This document shows, piece after piece, positions 1 to 13,596 of a stretch of 64,000 nucleotides of DNA. How positions within the stretch are numbered: position 1 is the stretch's first letter; the number at the start of each line of letters is the position of its first letter. Source of the DNA: Antedon mediterranea. Taxonomy: Eukaryota > Animalia > Echinodermata. The stretch lies in NCBI RefSeq assembly GCF_964355755.1, contig NC_092675.1, positions 10,163,812-10,227,811 on the forward strand, in the 5' to 3' direction. The position numbers and the translations under genes are program-made. The notes beneath the pieces were generated by a model that saw only the letters and a list, made by a program, of their open reading frames with translations, was not told the DNA's origin and did no database searches.

Positions 1-384
1 TAGGAACTATAAATAAGCTAGACAAGTCTAGTCTCAAAACATAAAATATATATATACTGTATATAAAAAATAACTTATAATTATGTTCTACATAGTTCAG
101 TACTATAATAATAAATAAGTAATTAAGGCAGTTGTGATCTGATTGACATATTGTTTATTCATGAAATTTGCTCTGATGTTCAATAGCAATACTGATATAC
201 TGCAACAACACATCATGTGAATAGTATATAAAAACAATATATAAACATCACAGGCACAGAATACATTCTAAACCACCCGGTGATATACTGAAATTTAATT
301 GATTAATTTGAAACGATAAAGATGAGGAAATCTTTGGAAATGAGAAACATTATTATATTAGAATGTATTTTCTTTTTATTTTAG

Positions 385-3300
385 CTGATAAATGTGTTCT
401 GTGTCAACAGTCAAACCACCCACTCCTATAAAATAAATGAAGCCACTACTTGTGATATCTTGAAAAATGCATTACATGCTGAGACAGGCATCCCTGTTGA
501 AAATCAAGAGATACTATTTTCTACAGGAAACCCAGTAGATGTGAATGCAACTGCCCTCCAGTGTTGGGGTGGTTGTGTGAGTATTCCTAAATGTTTGTTT
601 ATAAAACAATATGTCTATCATAATCTACAAGTATTGCAATGTTTTTATGGGAATTTAAGCACAGATTTTGTCATTTTTTCTATTTCTTTTTGTTCAATAC
701 TTACAAAGCCCACAATTTAAGACTATATTTCTGGTACATCTGTAGATTTGTAGACGTAAATAGATGTAAAAGATTTGGTATTGAGAAGGCATGAGTTAGG
801 GACCTGTCTTTATAAGTTTGTTTTATGCTTGCACTCAATGCTTCACTTTTCTCATAGGACATTGTAGGTAGTCATTAGTACATAATATACTGCATGTACT
901 GAGGTGCGGTGGGATAGCTGTCTCCTGATTTGGTGAACACTACTATGTCCTTACGGGGGTCTAGTCTGAATGTTATCAGATGCAAAACATTTTTATAAAA
1001 TTTACATTTCGTATATGAATATTTGTTTACTTTGATATCCTAGGACAATACTGACATGGTAGTGTATTTGTTTCACAAATCATACTTAAACACAGAACCT
1101 CAACCACTTCACATTCCTGAAAGAGTTCAAGAAATCTGTGAGTCATTTATTTACTGTATATTAATTATTATTTTAACCATTTGTTTTTTCTTTTTGTAAG
1201 TGAAAACATTTTTTTTTCTACGGAAGTGATTAATTTTTATTAAAACTACAAATGGCCTTTTCAATCTTGGTTTTATTAATCTTCATTTTTTTTTCGGGGA
1301 CAATACATTTTTGATATTTTATTAATTTCAGTGGAAAAACCAAACATGTTACAACCTTATGCAGAACGCAAGAAAGCTGGGGGTCAGGCACTGTTTCTCT
1401 GTGCAGACACTGAAAGGTCTTTCAATAAACTTCTGGATGGTGCAAAGGCAGCTGAGTGAGTATTGTTTTATTCAAAGTGTAGTAACATCTCTGATATGCA
1501 GATTCCAATTACTAACCATATGTTGTGAGAATGCTTTGCAAACCTTACCTCATCTTTTTTGTCTGAACCCAGTATTATCAATGCAATTTTCACTTTGTTG
1601 CATCCTAGTGGAAACCAAGCTTTATGTCTTTTATTTCATGCTTGGAAGCTAACTGTTTATTGTTTGATCTTACTATTGAGCAGTTTGCCAAATTTATTGT
1701 AAATAATTAAATTTATAACTATAGTAATTTAAATTTTTATTTTCAGAATATCTATGTTAAGCAAATTAAATGAGCTTTCCAGATTGACTGATTATATGAA
1801 AAAGATGCAAGGTAACCTTGAAGGAGCTCTCGACTTTTTTAAGACAAGGTACTCCAAATCTCGGAATTTAATAAGCTATACACATTTTATTCTGCCCATA
1901 CTAAAAACAAGCCTTGCTGATGCTGACAAATAGTTAAAAAAAATCAGCCTCTTGCAACCACCATTTAGATCATATCTTAAATTGAATGTTCATATTCTTT
2001 ATACTATAGTGCTAAATTTGACGTTGAACAGTACAAGCTGCAAGAAGCTAGAGGACTAAGTAAGCGTACTCATTGTTTTAAAAAATATTATATATTTTCA
2101 TTATAAATAAGGAAAGACAAAGATGAGGAAATCTGTGAGAATGAGAAAAATATATATATAACACAACACAAAATACTATTTTGTTGACATAAATGTATTT
2201 TTTTAAATCTTAATTTCATATATTTTGCCCTATTGTGTTCAGGTCGACAACATTAATTTAAAAAGGCAAAATTAATTTTCAAAAATAATGTTGCAAACAT
2301 TACAATGACAAAATAATGTTTTATTCCAACCAAATTTGTCTTCAACAAAACCTATTTGGCAACAAAATGCTCTACAATAGAACTCTTTTGTCAAAATTAG
2401 TTCCAGTTTCTTTTTATACATTTTCTCAAGGCCAATTCCAGAAATATAATATAAGAGCATTTTTAATAAATCTTCTTAAAATATATTTTGTTCATGTAGC
2501 TTCCGACAAAATATATCAAATGTGGCAAGAATCTTTAGCAGATGTGGACATGTTACAATGTGTAAGTAGGCCTACTTTGTGTGGGTTTGTAGCACCAGAC
2601 AGTGGGGGTGGGGGGGATGCTGGCCTCTGTCAGGGATCATTGACCAAGTTTATCAGGGAGAAAAATAATACCTACTACTACCCTACTGAGTGTGCCCAAT
2701 CTTTAAAATTGACTAAAACTACAGTCTATAGCAAGTGGATGCATACTTGCATGTAAAATTTGCTCAAAAATTTGAAGTTTGGTTACAATTGAATTATTGG
2801 CGAACATTGAGATAAGCATAAATTATAGAAATATAAGATAAGATAAGACAATTTTATTTCGTCCACAAAACAAGTTGAAATAATGGTACCATAGTTAACG
2901 GAAACATAAATATCTATCTTAAAGTTACCAACATCAAATCAAAAGTCAAATATCCAATCATTTTTCTCTTATGTGCTGATATACATGAACACCTACTGTA
3001 TGGTAAGTACTATGTATAGTCATCTGTATGAAATCTTGTTAACCCAACAGCATTGTTTATCTACAGAACCTATCATCTTTTCAGAAATCTCAGACGGAAG
3101 AAATAGAGAAGAAAGTACGTCTATTGAACACTCGAATTGGTGAAATTAAGCGGAGCCCTGTTATACGACAGCATTCCAGCTTTAATGCATTGTGAGCATT
3201 TTCTAAAATATTATTTTGATTTAGTCTATTAACCTCAACAGGGTCTTCACAAACTAAAAAATCATTTCGTTTATTTATGATGTTTAACACAATGAAAATA

Positions 3301-6300
3301 ATAATAAATGTATAAAAGATTCAATATTCCCTTGTTGCCATACTGTAAATCAATGTGTTAATTTATTTACAGTGTTAGTCAAGTGACAAAGTTTTATAAG
3401 GATCTGAAGAAAACAAAAGGTATGTGATTCTATTTTTAACATTTTCATTTTTTAAATTACTCTGGTGAAATATACCTTGTTAAAATTTATTTAATAGTTA
3501 TTTTTCTCGTCAGTGCAGCTCAGGTTTCAAAATGATACGTACCGCAGAACTGGCACAATATATAGGCTAAGCCAGGTATGCGGGACATGGTACACTGATT
3601 ATGAACACAAAGAATGCAGAAAGGCAATGAGTGTGCTATGCAAAATGTTAAGAATTCACAAAATAAATTATTTTTAAATATAAGTGGAAGGTTTCTTTAG
3701 AATAACAATAAAAGGGAGATATAAAGTTGAATTTTAATGGGTTTAATTGAATGACCCAACATTTTCACAAAAAATGAGGTGCTGAAAGGATAGTTATGAG
3801 GCAATGGAAAATACTAAGGAACAATGAAGTCGTAGTAAAACTGTTATGTCATGTTTTTAAAATTGTTCATAACCGACACGCCTCTTACATGTATTCACAA
3901 TTTTCTAGAGTCTGTCATTTTCATGGTCACCTCACCCGAAACAGTATATACAACTTTATTGTGCACAAAGCTAGGGGTATCGAACCTTAAGCTTTCTACA
4001 ATATAGGAATCAAGGACTGGAATGCTCTTCCCAATGATCTAAAATTCATCAATAATCAATCTATTTTTAAAATTAGATTAAGAAAGTATCTCATCGCTGA
4101 TATTCCTATCTGATTTTATATATTGCGGTTTTATTATATTGTTGCTCTTCACTTTATATATATATTTTTTTTATTGTACTTTTTTTATATTATCTTTTTA
4201 ACATTTTATATGTGATTTTTTATTATGTCTTTCACATTTCCATATGCTTTTCTTCTATGATGATCTTTGTTCACTTTCACATCTCTGATTTCTCTTGCAA
4301 TGGACCCCATTGGAAATAAATTGACATGTCGATTTTATGGGTCGTTCTTACAGCTATTCACTTTGGTTTTATTAAATTTTAATATTCCAATTATTTGTAT
4401 TTTTTCTTTGTTATGTATTTTAAATGTATTGTTGAATGGGTGCTAAATGAATAAATGAAAAAAAAAAATGAAAATGAAAAATATGTTTTTTTATTCATTA
4501 TACCATGATGTTGAACACTGAACAAATATTTGATTTTCTAATTTATTGTATTTTATATAGATGATGGGACTAATTTTTTTGATAATGCTAGGTTAGTTTC
4601 TATTGTGAAGGGCTGTATAGAAAAGAGAAAGCAACTTACAAAAGATGTTTTATCACATATTCTGTAAGTAATCTACACACATCTAAAGCTATGTCTACAC
4701 TACCAAACTAGTTTGACGAAAAAAGTGTGATGTGCCCAAATATGGTAGTATGTCTATATAATATGGGCACATCAAGTTTGGTAGTGTAGACAGAGCTTAA
4801 GAATATAAAAATATTGACAAAAACCTTTTTTACCAAAGTCTTATTTCCATAATATGAGGAATAATTTCCAGAAATATAATGTATATTTATCAATATCTTT
4901 CCAGCAAAATTTTACAATTTAAGCAAGAAATTATTGAGGTTTACCAGCAAATGAAAGTTCTTGTTCACTATATGTATGATAATACGGTTAAGATTAAAAA
5001 GGTGCAGCAACAGAGACAGGCAGATATGTGGAATTTGTTGAAAATTGTGGTGAGTAACTTTACATTTCCATTGGCTTATTTAGGTTAGGTTTAATCCATT
5101 GTGATTATTAGTAGTTTAAAGGCCAGTTTACACAGACAAGCGGTAACGGTAAGCTAAAAATCATTTGAAAGTCTAAACCTATCCTTATCAGGTCTCCCCT
5201 CAACCGCACGTCCGCTGCGGGTTTGTGTAATTGGTCATAAGTCATAGATTCTTTATTTTTGTTTACCACTCACCGTTAGTGCTCGTCTGTGTAAATTGGC
5301 CTTTAGTGTATGAAATGCTACTCCCACTGGTACTGTATAAATATTTGTGCATTATTGAGCTTGGTTCCCACAAGATGCAATAGAAGGAGGCAAGTGCAGT
5401 TGACCAATGACAAGCTCAGATACGACAGTTCAAATAATCAATCGCTTGTGATTGGTCAAATTACTTGCATTGTACTTAACGTTCTTGTACTATATCCTAG
5501 TGGGAAAGGGACCAAGCTTTATAGGCAATGCGATAGAGCATCACTACGCTTCGGATGTGAATTCTGTATGCAGGTGATACAGCATCACATGTGATATGAT
5601 ATGGCACTGTTTCACAAAAAAACTGATACAGCACTGAGTACAGTTTATACAACTGTGTAGAAGCCAAAACCCATGGAGTACTTTTCTCTATGCAACACCA
5701 TAAAAGTTAACATGCAAATATTCTTCTGTGTCTATAGTTCCAGAAACTTCATAGGACATCAGGAGAATTTCAGACTTTTAAACGGTCAGTGTCATCAGTG
5801 AGTGATCCAACACATTCTAGATCTTATTCCACATCTGATCAGGCAGACTCATTGTCTTTAATGAATGAAAGTGACACCACCCAAACAATGTAAATACACA
5901 TAGATTTTGTTTTTATTACATGTTTTTTAATTATTGAGCTTTTCCATTAAACATGTATTGTCCCCAAAACATAAGAAAAATAAAGACTTTTATAGTTTGT
6001 AGTTTTAAAGTAACAAAGTTCCATAGAAAAAAAACGCAAAAAAATAAAGTTTTCACTTATATTCATCCAAAAATCCATTGTTTGGCAGCCAATTTGACTA
6101 TTTTTTCTTTAAATTAAAGTTTTACAGGTAAATATTATTATTATTGTGCCATATTCAACAACAAAAATAAAAAAATAAAAAATTATTTCAGTGGAACAAT
6201 ATATCTTTATTTAAATCTTGATTATAACTTAAAGAGAGATGCCTTAAAGTGGCTGCACTGACATGATGTGACGTTTAGAGGATGTAGTTGAAAAGTGTAA

Positions 6301-7073
6301 CATCCGAGTCCACAGCGCCATATAAAGCAATGATTCATTTGTTAAAATTTGGCGCTATATTAGAACTCGTATATTAAAGATGTATTGTTCCTTGAAACAC
6401 AAACAAATTATGGTCAAAATATTCTAAATTTAAATTGGCCATATCAAAGTAATATTAAAGTTATTCACCTTAAGTTGAAAATTCGAGCCAAAAACAACAA
6501 TTTTACAGCTAAATTAATTTGATTACATTTCATCTGGATAATCGTCCGGAGCGAAAGTAAACAAAGATTTCAAACCATGAGTATACATTATGCATGATGC
6601 TAATCATCACAAATGAGAAGGTGTTTTCACACAGATCGCGAGGAAGTTTATGATTATGCATACAGAGTAGCCAAATAAGCGCGTTGCATTATGAGATATG
6701 TTTTGATAGAAAACTTTGACTGGAAGTCAAAGTTATTTTTTTAACCAAAAAACGTCTGTATTTCAGTTAAATGATTTTTTTTTCAACTCATTTTTGGTGA
6801 AAATTAATAACTATTATGATACTTCAAAATGACCCACTTTTTTTCGAAATCTTTTTTTTTTTTGGAATTTGACAAAGGGACAATACATCTTTAAGGTGAT
6901 CGTAAAGTCAGGGGTGGGATTATACCGGAGGAACTACGGTATTGTTTATAAAATACATTTTTGTTTTTATTTATTTCAGGTTTGAAGAGATGTTTAAGAA
7001 TGTTCTAGAGGATCAAGAGAAAACAGCAGCTCATGTACAAAGTATGGATTGGAGTTTCATTAACCAGTCATAA
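385..7073 (+). CDS. IKBKB: Canonical IkB kinase (IKK-beta/alpha co-ortholog), 3' part: ubiquitin-like domain, scaffold/dimerization domain and NEMO-binding domain. Exons 385-576, 1044-1137, 1332-1455, 1747-1848, 2010-2059, 2500-2561, 3067/3085-3191, 3373-3419, 4561-4663, 4905-5049, 5738-5889, 6980-7073. Kinase-domain exons lie upstream of the window
   Basis: All 12 exons have AG/GT boundaries with consistent phases and one open frame. Peptides match IKK-beta by eye: ETGIPVENQEIL (ULD), TSDKIYQMW, EIKRSP, QQQRQADMWNLLKI, and terminal QSMDWSFINQS* (NBD, cf. LDWSWL). Confidence 0.92.
3800..4480 (+). mobile_element. 5'-truncated degenerate LINE (CR1/L2-group) 3' end in an IKK intron
   Basis: Broken frame gives ...HGHLTRNS..F..../AFYNIGIKDWNALPNDLKFINNQSIFKIRLRKYL, typical of a LINE ORF2 C-terminus. 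It is followed by a T-rich UTR, AATAAA and an A-rich (TGAAAA) tail near 4450-4480. Confidence 0.65.
4687..4797. mobile_element. PIF/Harbinger-like MITE; a degenerate relative lies at about 56275-56403
   Basis: TIR AGCTATGTCTACACTACCAAACT / AGTTTGGTAGTGTAGACAGAGCT, flanked by TAA on both sides. Confidence 0.75.
5120..5302. mobile_element. MITE (Harbinger-like)
   Basis: TIR AGGCCAGTTTACACAGAC / GTCTGTGTAAATTGGCCT with TWA flanks (TAA and TTA, not identical). Confidence 0.65.
5358..5518. mobile_element. Palindromic MITE
   Basis: Ends AGCTTGGTTCCCAC / GTGGGAAAGGGACCAAGCT, with internal inverted TTGACCAATGACAAGC / GCTTGTGATTGGTCAA. A related end occurs at about 1600-1622. Confidence 0.55.
6378..6890. 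mobile_element. Non-autonomous Kolobok-like DNA transposon in the last IKK intron
   Basis: TTAA|AGATGTATTGT ... ACAATACATCT|TTAA, i.e. TTAA TSD and RR..YY termini. A second partial copy is at 44012-44220. Confidence 0.75.
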
Positions 7074-9002
7074 CAGAGGTCATGAAGGTCAATTAATGAC
7101 CTACAATATTGATCATTGTTTCCTTTTTAGGTCATATAATGACCTGGAATTGATAATTTGTAATTTATGTAATTAGAGGTCAACTAAACACATGCGATTG
7201 ATCGTGTAATTAATATTTAAATTACGTACAATTGATCATTGTTTCAGTTATACAATGAAACATGGAAGTTTGATCAATGTGTTAAATTACATTTTTGAGT
7301 AAATATACATAATTTCTATATAAATATATTGCAATATTACAAATTTTAGTTAACATTTTTTTATTATAATCAAATTTTGGCTTGGAAATTTGCCTTGATT
7401 AGAAACCAGTGCTAATTTTCATGCTTGTTAATGCTTGTTTTGATGTTTGTTACATGTCATTATATTCCACTGTTACACCCTAACAGTGGAATACAATGAC
7501 CACAGTGTATATAAATTGTAACATCCAAACACACCTGTCAGTAGCTAATCAAAATTGTACACATGGATTTAGATGCATTATAGATATCATCATTCTCCCT
7601 ACAGTAGATATGTGTGACCCAGACTTTTTAGTTGTATTTTGTCGTTTCTCATGCCTCATGAGACGATCCAATAGAGCGGCATGTCGGGTGTTGCTCTCGA
7701 TAGATTCCGCACTTAAGTGTTAGTTCACATGATGAACCGCTTGCAAGCAGATGAACCGCTAGAGAGTGATTCGAGACGTAAGAACGTGGTATTAATTTCT
7801 TGGTGTAGGCAAACAATTTAAAAATATTATTTACTCATACTGTATAATATGTAACCATGATTTTAGAATGTGTATATTAATTTATCTACTTAGATATTTT
7901 TTTATAGTATTTTAGTGTTATTTAGAGTTTTGACTTTGAGTAATTTCATAAAAATAGCCTTTAGTAATGGTCATAAAGTATGACAACATATTGAGGGTAT
8001 TTTAAACAAATTTGCCAAACTTTTCTTCTAACATATCCCAAACAAAAAATGGTTATTACTTATTTATTCGAATAAATGGCCTGCTTTGAAAAAACGCCAC
8101 AAGTCATTTATTCGAATAAAATTTCACTCTTCCATGCATAAAGGGACTATGCTGTCCTTGCTATGTAGGCCTATTCTTTTCATTTTTTTCACTGGCTTTC
8201 AAAGAAGAATAAACTGAAAATAACATTTGCATGTGATGCTAGTAGCCAAAGAAGTTACTTGCTATTTTCTCAGATTTTTAAGAGAAGAAAACAAAGCAAT
8301 GCAATGTTTATGGTTTGAATAATCTTAGTTGGTGGACCAATTCGTAGTTAGTTTTAACGGTAGCTTAATTTACTGTTGTTAGTATTATAATTTAAATAAA
8401 AATAAAATAAAATACATTGTGTTGATTACTACAATAAACAAGGCCACCTGATTGCCAGTTGTCTCATGTTTATATCTTTTGATAACATTGAATAGACTAA
8501 TATATTATTGTAACAATGCAAGATGAATTATATAGTTATTTTCTTAGTATGGGGTAAATTATAATTACGTTATTTATTGTTTTTTTTTGTAAGTCCCAAA
8601 TGTTAGTATGGGGTAAATTTACGTAGTTTGTAAACAAATTAGCATTCACTCAGTATACTAATATATTTAGAACAATGAGAATTTAAGTTTAATTACAGGC
8701 ACGTGTAATTGTTTGTAGTAGGCCTAAGCTTTTTTGTTATCATTATATTAATCGTGCTAATAGCTAAAGCTGCTTAGGTCGACTTACCGCGAATTTTAAA
8801 GAATAATGAACTTCATATGCGCATATTTTGAATCGGAGTAACTGTATACCGTAGTTAAGAGTTGACTTTTATACGCCTGATATATGAGATAATTTTTAAG
8901 GCTTAAGTTTTTATTTAGAAAATTGTAATTATTTAACAAAGAAATGCATTTGATTCATTATGTGTGCGTCAGGCATCCAGCAAAAGACATTTAACCGCTT
9001 AA

Positions 9003-10461
9003 TCTATATATAAATTTACGTAAGGGCAAAATTCGGTAAATCGCGCGTAATTTCTAGAATGTTTACTCGATGGTATATAAAGTTGGTTCGTACTTTCGGT
9101 ACTGATTTTAACCACCTGATGTAACCCTGTTTACTAATTAAATTGAGTTCGGTAATTAGTTATTGACGATTAAAACGAATTTAGGTTCAACGATTTGCCC
9201 CAAATAGGGGTGTTTTCCGATCGTGGTATACACTGTCTAATGTATGTCCATCTTGAAAAATACCCGCAGACAATAATACGAGGATGCTTCGCATTTTCCT
9301 ATCTCCTACGATAATTGTTTTTAATGGCTGAAAACCGGTTGAACAGCTTGAGTACAGCATCATAATGTTGAAGACAGGCCGATTTTCTTTAAAAAAAACT
9401 ATTTTGATAGATTTAATATACGTTTATACAAATGTATTGATTTGAAATGAATGGAACATTCCAATCTCTGTTCCACAAGTGTCTATTCCTTCAGGTGTCG
9501 TAAAGGCAAGTACTGTATACTCATAACAGAAATTCGATCCATTTTTTTTTCAATCTGTGCTGCAGAGGTTGGATATAGTTTTTTTAAACGGATAATGAGC
9601 TAGCGTTTTCAGTCGCCGTATATTATGTACAAATCTTTATTATTGCAGTTAAACCACCCACGTGACATCATCACCCTTCCCTCACTACACTGCACCCTTC
9701 CCTCACTACACTGGCATGAGTAGTGTTGTAAAGCCAGTAGAGGATAGGCCTACGGTGCATCACATGCCCTAAACGCAGAACAACTTTGGTGGGTAGGGTA
9801 GGAACCAACTTAAGTATGAATTGGCTCTAAGAAACAATTGAAAACCATTAGGCCTACTAATTAAGTTGAGTTAGATAATTTAATATTTATTGACAATTAA
9901 ATCGAATTTATGATTTGCCACGAATAGAGGTGGTTTTCACAAATTGTTTTACATTATATAAACATATACACGTCGTAGTGATGTATCGTTACATGTACTG
10001 TACTATTTCAATCGACTAGGACGGTGATAGTTTCAACAAAGTATTACATCGCAATGTTTTACTGTGTTTAGTGGTATATTATTTGTAAAACATGAAAACA
10101 ATTAATATTTCGTTACTACATGGATAAAGAATATATTTAAAAAGTGTTCCTCTTTGCACCCATCCTCTTTCCTATCCCTCAACCCTGTTACATACAAAAC
10201 ACAAATTAAGTTTGTTTAAATTTGACTTAAACAATTGGTCTCATTTTGTGACAAGTTTCTCTTTCGGAAGTAATTCCCAGGGTGCTAATTTTAGTTCAGT
10301 ACATAAATCACAGTGTCTATTTATTCGTTCCTGTAAACGACATGTATTATTGTCCTGCGGTACGTACATTTGAAATCGCCAGTTTTTTAACGCTGAAATT
10401 ATTATGTATTCGAGAACCATCTGTGGGCACGACCTAGATGGTACGCGAGCGTACCATCTAG
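9003..10461 (+). mobile_element. Complete non-autonomous Helitron
   Basis: 5' A|TCTATATATAAA, 3' hairpin CTAGATGGTACGC-GA-GCGTACCATCTAG ending CTAG|T. Inserted between A and T with no TSD. Confidence 0.75.
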
Positions 10462-10945
10462 TATAATAACAATAAACCTAATAAACGTCTGGCCCCCTTT
10501 TTCTGATATAACAAATAATACAGTATTAATCTTATACTGTGCCAGTTCCATCAAAAAGGAGATGTTCATGGCGCAATGATTGAAATCATGTAGTAAAAAC
10601 GTTCGAGTAGATGATAAAGGTCTTAAGCTTTGATTTAAAGGAGTTCATTAACATGTTCTGAAAGCAAAAGTAAATGACCGATATGATGACTGATATGTCA
10701 CAAATTAATTAATCATAAAGTATCAGTATCAAACAGAACAGCCCATTTCAGAATGAATACAAACAAAATGTGATCAGAGAGCATGGACGATGGACCGGAA
10801 AAAAGAAATCGAATCGAATGATTAAAGCTGTACTACTATTTACTTTTTATTTGACATTTAAATGTTTTCTATCACTTTATGTAAGTTTAACTACAGGAAG
10901 TGCTAAATGATTAGTATCTCTAAACTTTACTCATTTATCATTGAA

Positions 10946-11488
10946 TTAATTAGTTAGAGTTGTGAGTACGTTTGCAAGTTGTTTCATAGAACTCTGGCTT
11001 GGGTACAGCAAGAATCCAGAAAATGAGCAATAACCGGCGCCATTGGTGGCATGGAGTTCGTAGTTGCTTCCAGCTTTTAGAATAACGTTAACGTAATCGC
11101 CGCTGTTGAGATCAAGTATGACTGTGTTGCTTGACATCTCATGGCCGCCATTTCCATTGGACCAAACACAAGATTGCTCAACACCATTCTTCGTCAGACA
11201 GCCAAATGCGACGTTTGCAGCGTCATTCTTACTCATCAAAGACAGGTAGAATACGTAAGTTCCGTTGATATTGGCGTTAAATCGACCAGTATTAACGTCA
11301 TAGTTGTCATTTACGTTGTTCAGGAGGACATCAAACACTACAACTTGATTCTCTGTTGATGATGCGCTGAGGTCGTTTCTAAGCTTTGCCGAGAATGAGG
11401 ATCTCTGAGCAGTTAATCCAGGTGGAGAGATTACAATAGCTCTACACAATGGCAGCATTAAAAGTGAGACAACACCAAAAACATACAT
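10946..11488 (-). CDS. Secreted globular C1q-domain protein (cerebellin/C1q-like, no collagen region), 180 aa
   Basis: Signal peptide MYVFGVVSLLMLPLCRA. gC1q motifs FSAKL, VVVFDVLLNN..NYDVNTGRF.A.INGTYVF, SSNTVILDLNSGDYVNV and SFSGFLLY. A splice acceptor (tttccacag) lies just before the ATG, and AATAAA is at about 10850. Confidence 0.92.
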   Translation of the reverse strand: MYVFGVVSLLMLPLCRAIVISPPGLTAQRSSFSAKLRNDLSASSTENQVVVFDVLLNNVNDNYDVNTGRFNANINGTYVFYLSLMSKNDAANVAFGCLTKNGVEQSCVWSNGNGGHEMSSNTVILDLNSGDYVNVILKAGSNYELHATNGAGYCSFSGFLLYPSQSSMKQLANVLTTLTN

Positions 11489-12022
11489 TCTGTGGAAATA
11501 ATATATAGTAAATCAAAATAAGTAATGACAACGATGAACTTCAATTACGATTCTTTTACTGTAAATGACATTTGCTACTGCAGGGAAGAGTTAAATTGAA
11601 TTGTAATTTAACTCTTCCCTGGTTACCGTAACATAACAATATAATAATAATAATTAATAGAAAACAATGATGACAATGATGTGGGCATCAGTGGCTAGAC
11701 CTCAATGGAGACAAATAAAATACTGTATTAAGCAAATATGTATGACTTGTTAATAGTTCCGTATCAATAAATTTAATTAAATATATGGGCCAATATACAA
11801 AGGTGTAGGTGGATCGCAATAGAGATACAAATATAACTCGAATTTAATTCGTCACTTTGACGAATTATAGGTGATCATTTTCATAATTTTACTGACATTT
11901 AATTCACATAAATATGTTAAAATCCTATCGCAAAATGTTGATGTATGCCATCCTATGACCTGATGGATTATATCCTTAGTGCTGAGTATTGAGTTGAGCC
12001 TATTAATATACGGTATACAGTA

Positions 12023-13596
12023 TCAATCAAAGTAACATTTATTTCTCTTCTTTTCTTTCATAGAATATAAAAATTAACAGTAAATATGATTAAAATAAGA
12101 GGGGCAACATTCCAAAAAAGCGAAGCTTGTATAAGGCAGCCCATAAAAACTGAAAAAAAAAACAACAGAACACGGGAACCGGAAAAAACAGGACAAAAAC
12201 AGTAATGAAGACTTTTAGTTTCAGGGTACCGAAAAGACTAAATATCAAAACTACAATGAGTGAAAGGATAATTACACATAACTAGATAAGAGGTGCCGTT
12301 TCAATTTAAAAGAAAAACTCTTCTTAGACAAAGCACTTTTTATATTAACTGTGGTACGTTATCCCAGAGTTTAGGACCAGTGAACTTAATGCTATGTTTA
12401 AAAGAAGTAGTTTAAAAAAAAAGGAATACGAATTTGTATTTGATTTGCGCTCCGAGTTTTGTGGTTATGAAAATTAAGATTGAAACTAAATAAATCATCA
12501 AAGTATGATGGTAGGATCGAGTTTAGCCATGAATAAAGGAAACACTTTGTTGAAGATGGTTAATATCCTGAATTTTAAGAAGACCAAATGAAGAAAATAA
12601 AGGATTGGAATGGGATAAGGGAGGAGCATTTGCTATGTATCTTATGGTTTTCTTTTAAACTGATAAACTGATAAAATACTTTTATTGCAACTTTTGGGTT
12701 GAATTATACAAAAATATATACTTATACTTAAATGAAAATATATCATATCCATCAACAATAAAAATCAAATTACACAAAACATCGAAGAACAGACAAAACA
12801 GAAGTCAGGGGGAGATACGACTGTGCAGGGATATTTATGCCTACCACTTGTGAAAGAGACCAAAGTTTACAATGAAATTTTTTGATCGTTCCGTTTTTAC
12901 TTTTGGATTTAAGTAGGACGGGTATGTATTACTCCAAATAATATTACAGTAAGTGAGGTAAGGGAGGATTAGTGAACAGTAAAAAATCCGAAGTATGTTT
13001 TGAGGGATGAAAGATGATAATCTATATATGATACCAGAACTTTTGGATATTTTGTTTTCGACTTGAGTAATCTGATGTTTCCAATTTAGTTTACTGTCCA
13101 GATAAACACCAAGAAATTTAGTTTTCTCAACAACAGTATTAATTGATCTATAATTTGTAGTTTGAAAGTACTGGTATTTAGTAGTGTTTGTGAATTTTTG
13201 AACACCATACAACAGCACTTCTTTAGATTAACAGAAAGTTTGTTTGCAGAAAATTATGTTAAAATTTTGGGTAGATTTTCGGTTGATATTTTAAAAAGGG
13301 AATCTATATTTTTATCAGTGTAAATTAGGGTTGTGTCATCAGCATACAACAGAAACGAAAACATATTTGAGGCATTATGGATATCATTTTATGTATAATA
13401 AAAATAATAGAGGCCCAGGGAACCTTGAGGGACTCCACAAATAATAGGAAGAAAATCAGTAAGGGTGTGTTTAAATTTAGTGCATTGCTTGCGGTTTGAA
13501 AGGTAGCTTTTGAATAAATTATATACAAGGCCACGGATTCCATAATTATGTAACTTATATAATAGAATATCGTGATCAATTGTATCAAAGGCCTTC
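12023..13596 (-). mobile_element. 5'-truncated, frameshifted LINE (CR1/L2/Crack group) RT, 3' UTR and tail
   Basis: RT motifs SKAFDTIDHDILLYKLHNYGIRG, GVPQGS, ADDT, KFLGVYLDSKLNW, YCSLILPYLTYCNIIW. AATAAA and (TTGA) tail near 12025-12045. Confidence 0.88.
12655..12905 (-). mobile_element. Short 3' end of a second LINE inserted into the first
   Basis: The host frame YPSYLNP...KKTIRYIANAPPLSHSNPLF is interrupted by PKVKTERSKNFIVNFGLFHKW*, a UTR, AATAAA and a (TTTATCAG)2 tail. Confidence 0.65.

Noticed and set aside
394-720. Standalone ubiquitin-like small protein
   Set aside because: It is the ULD exon of IKK read through into the intron (donor at 577).
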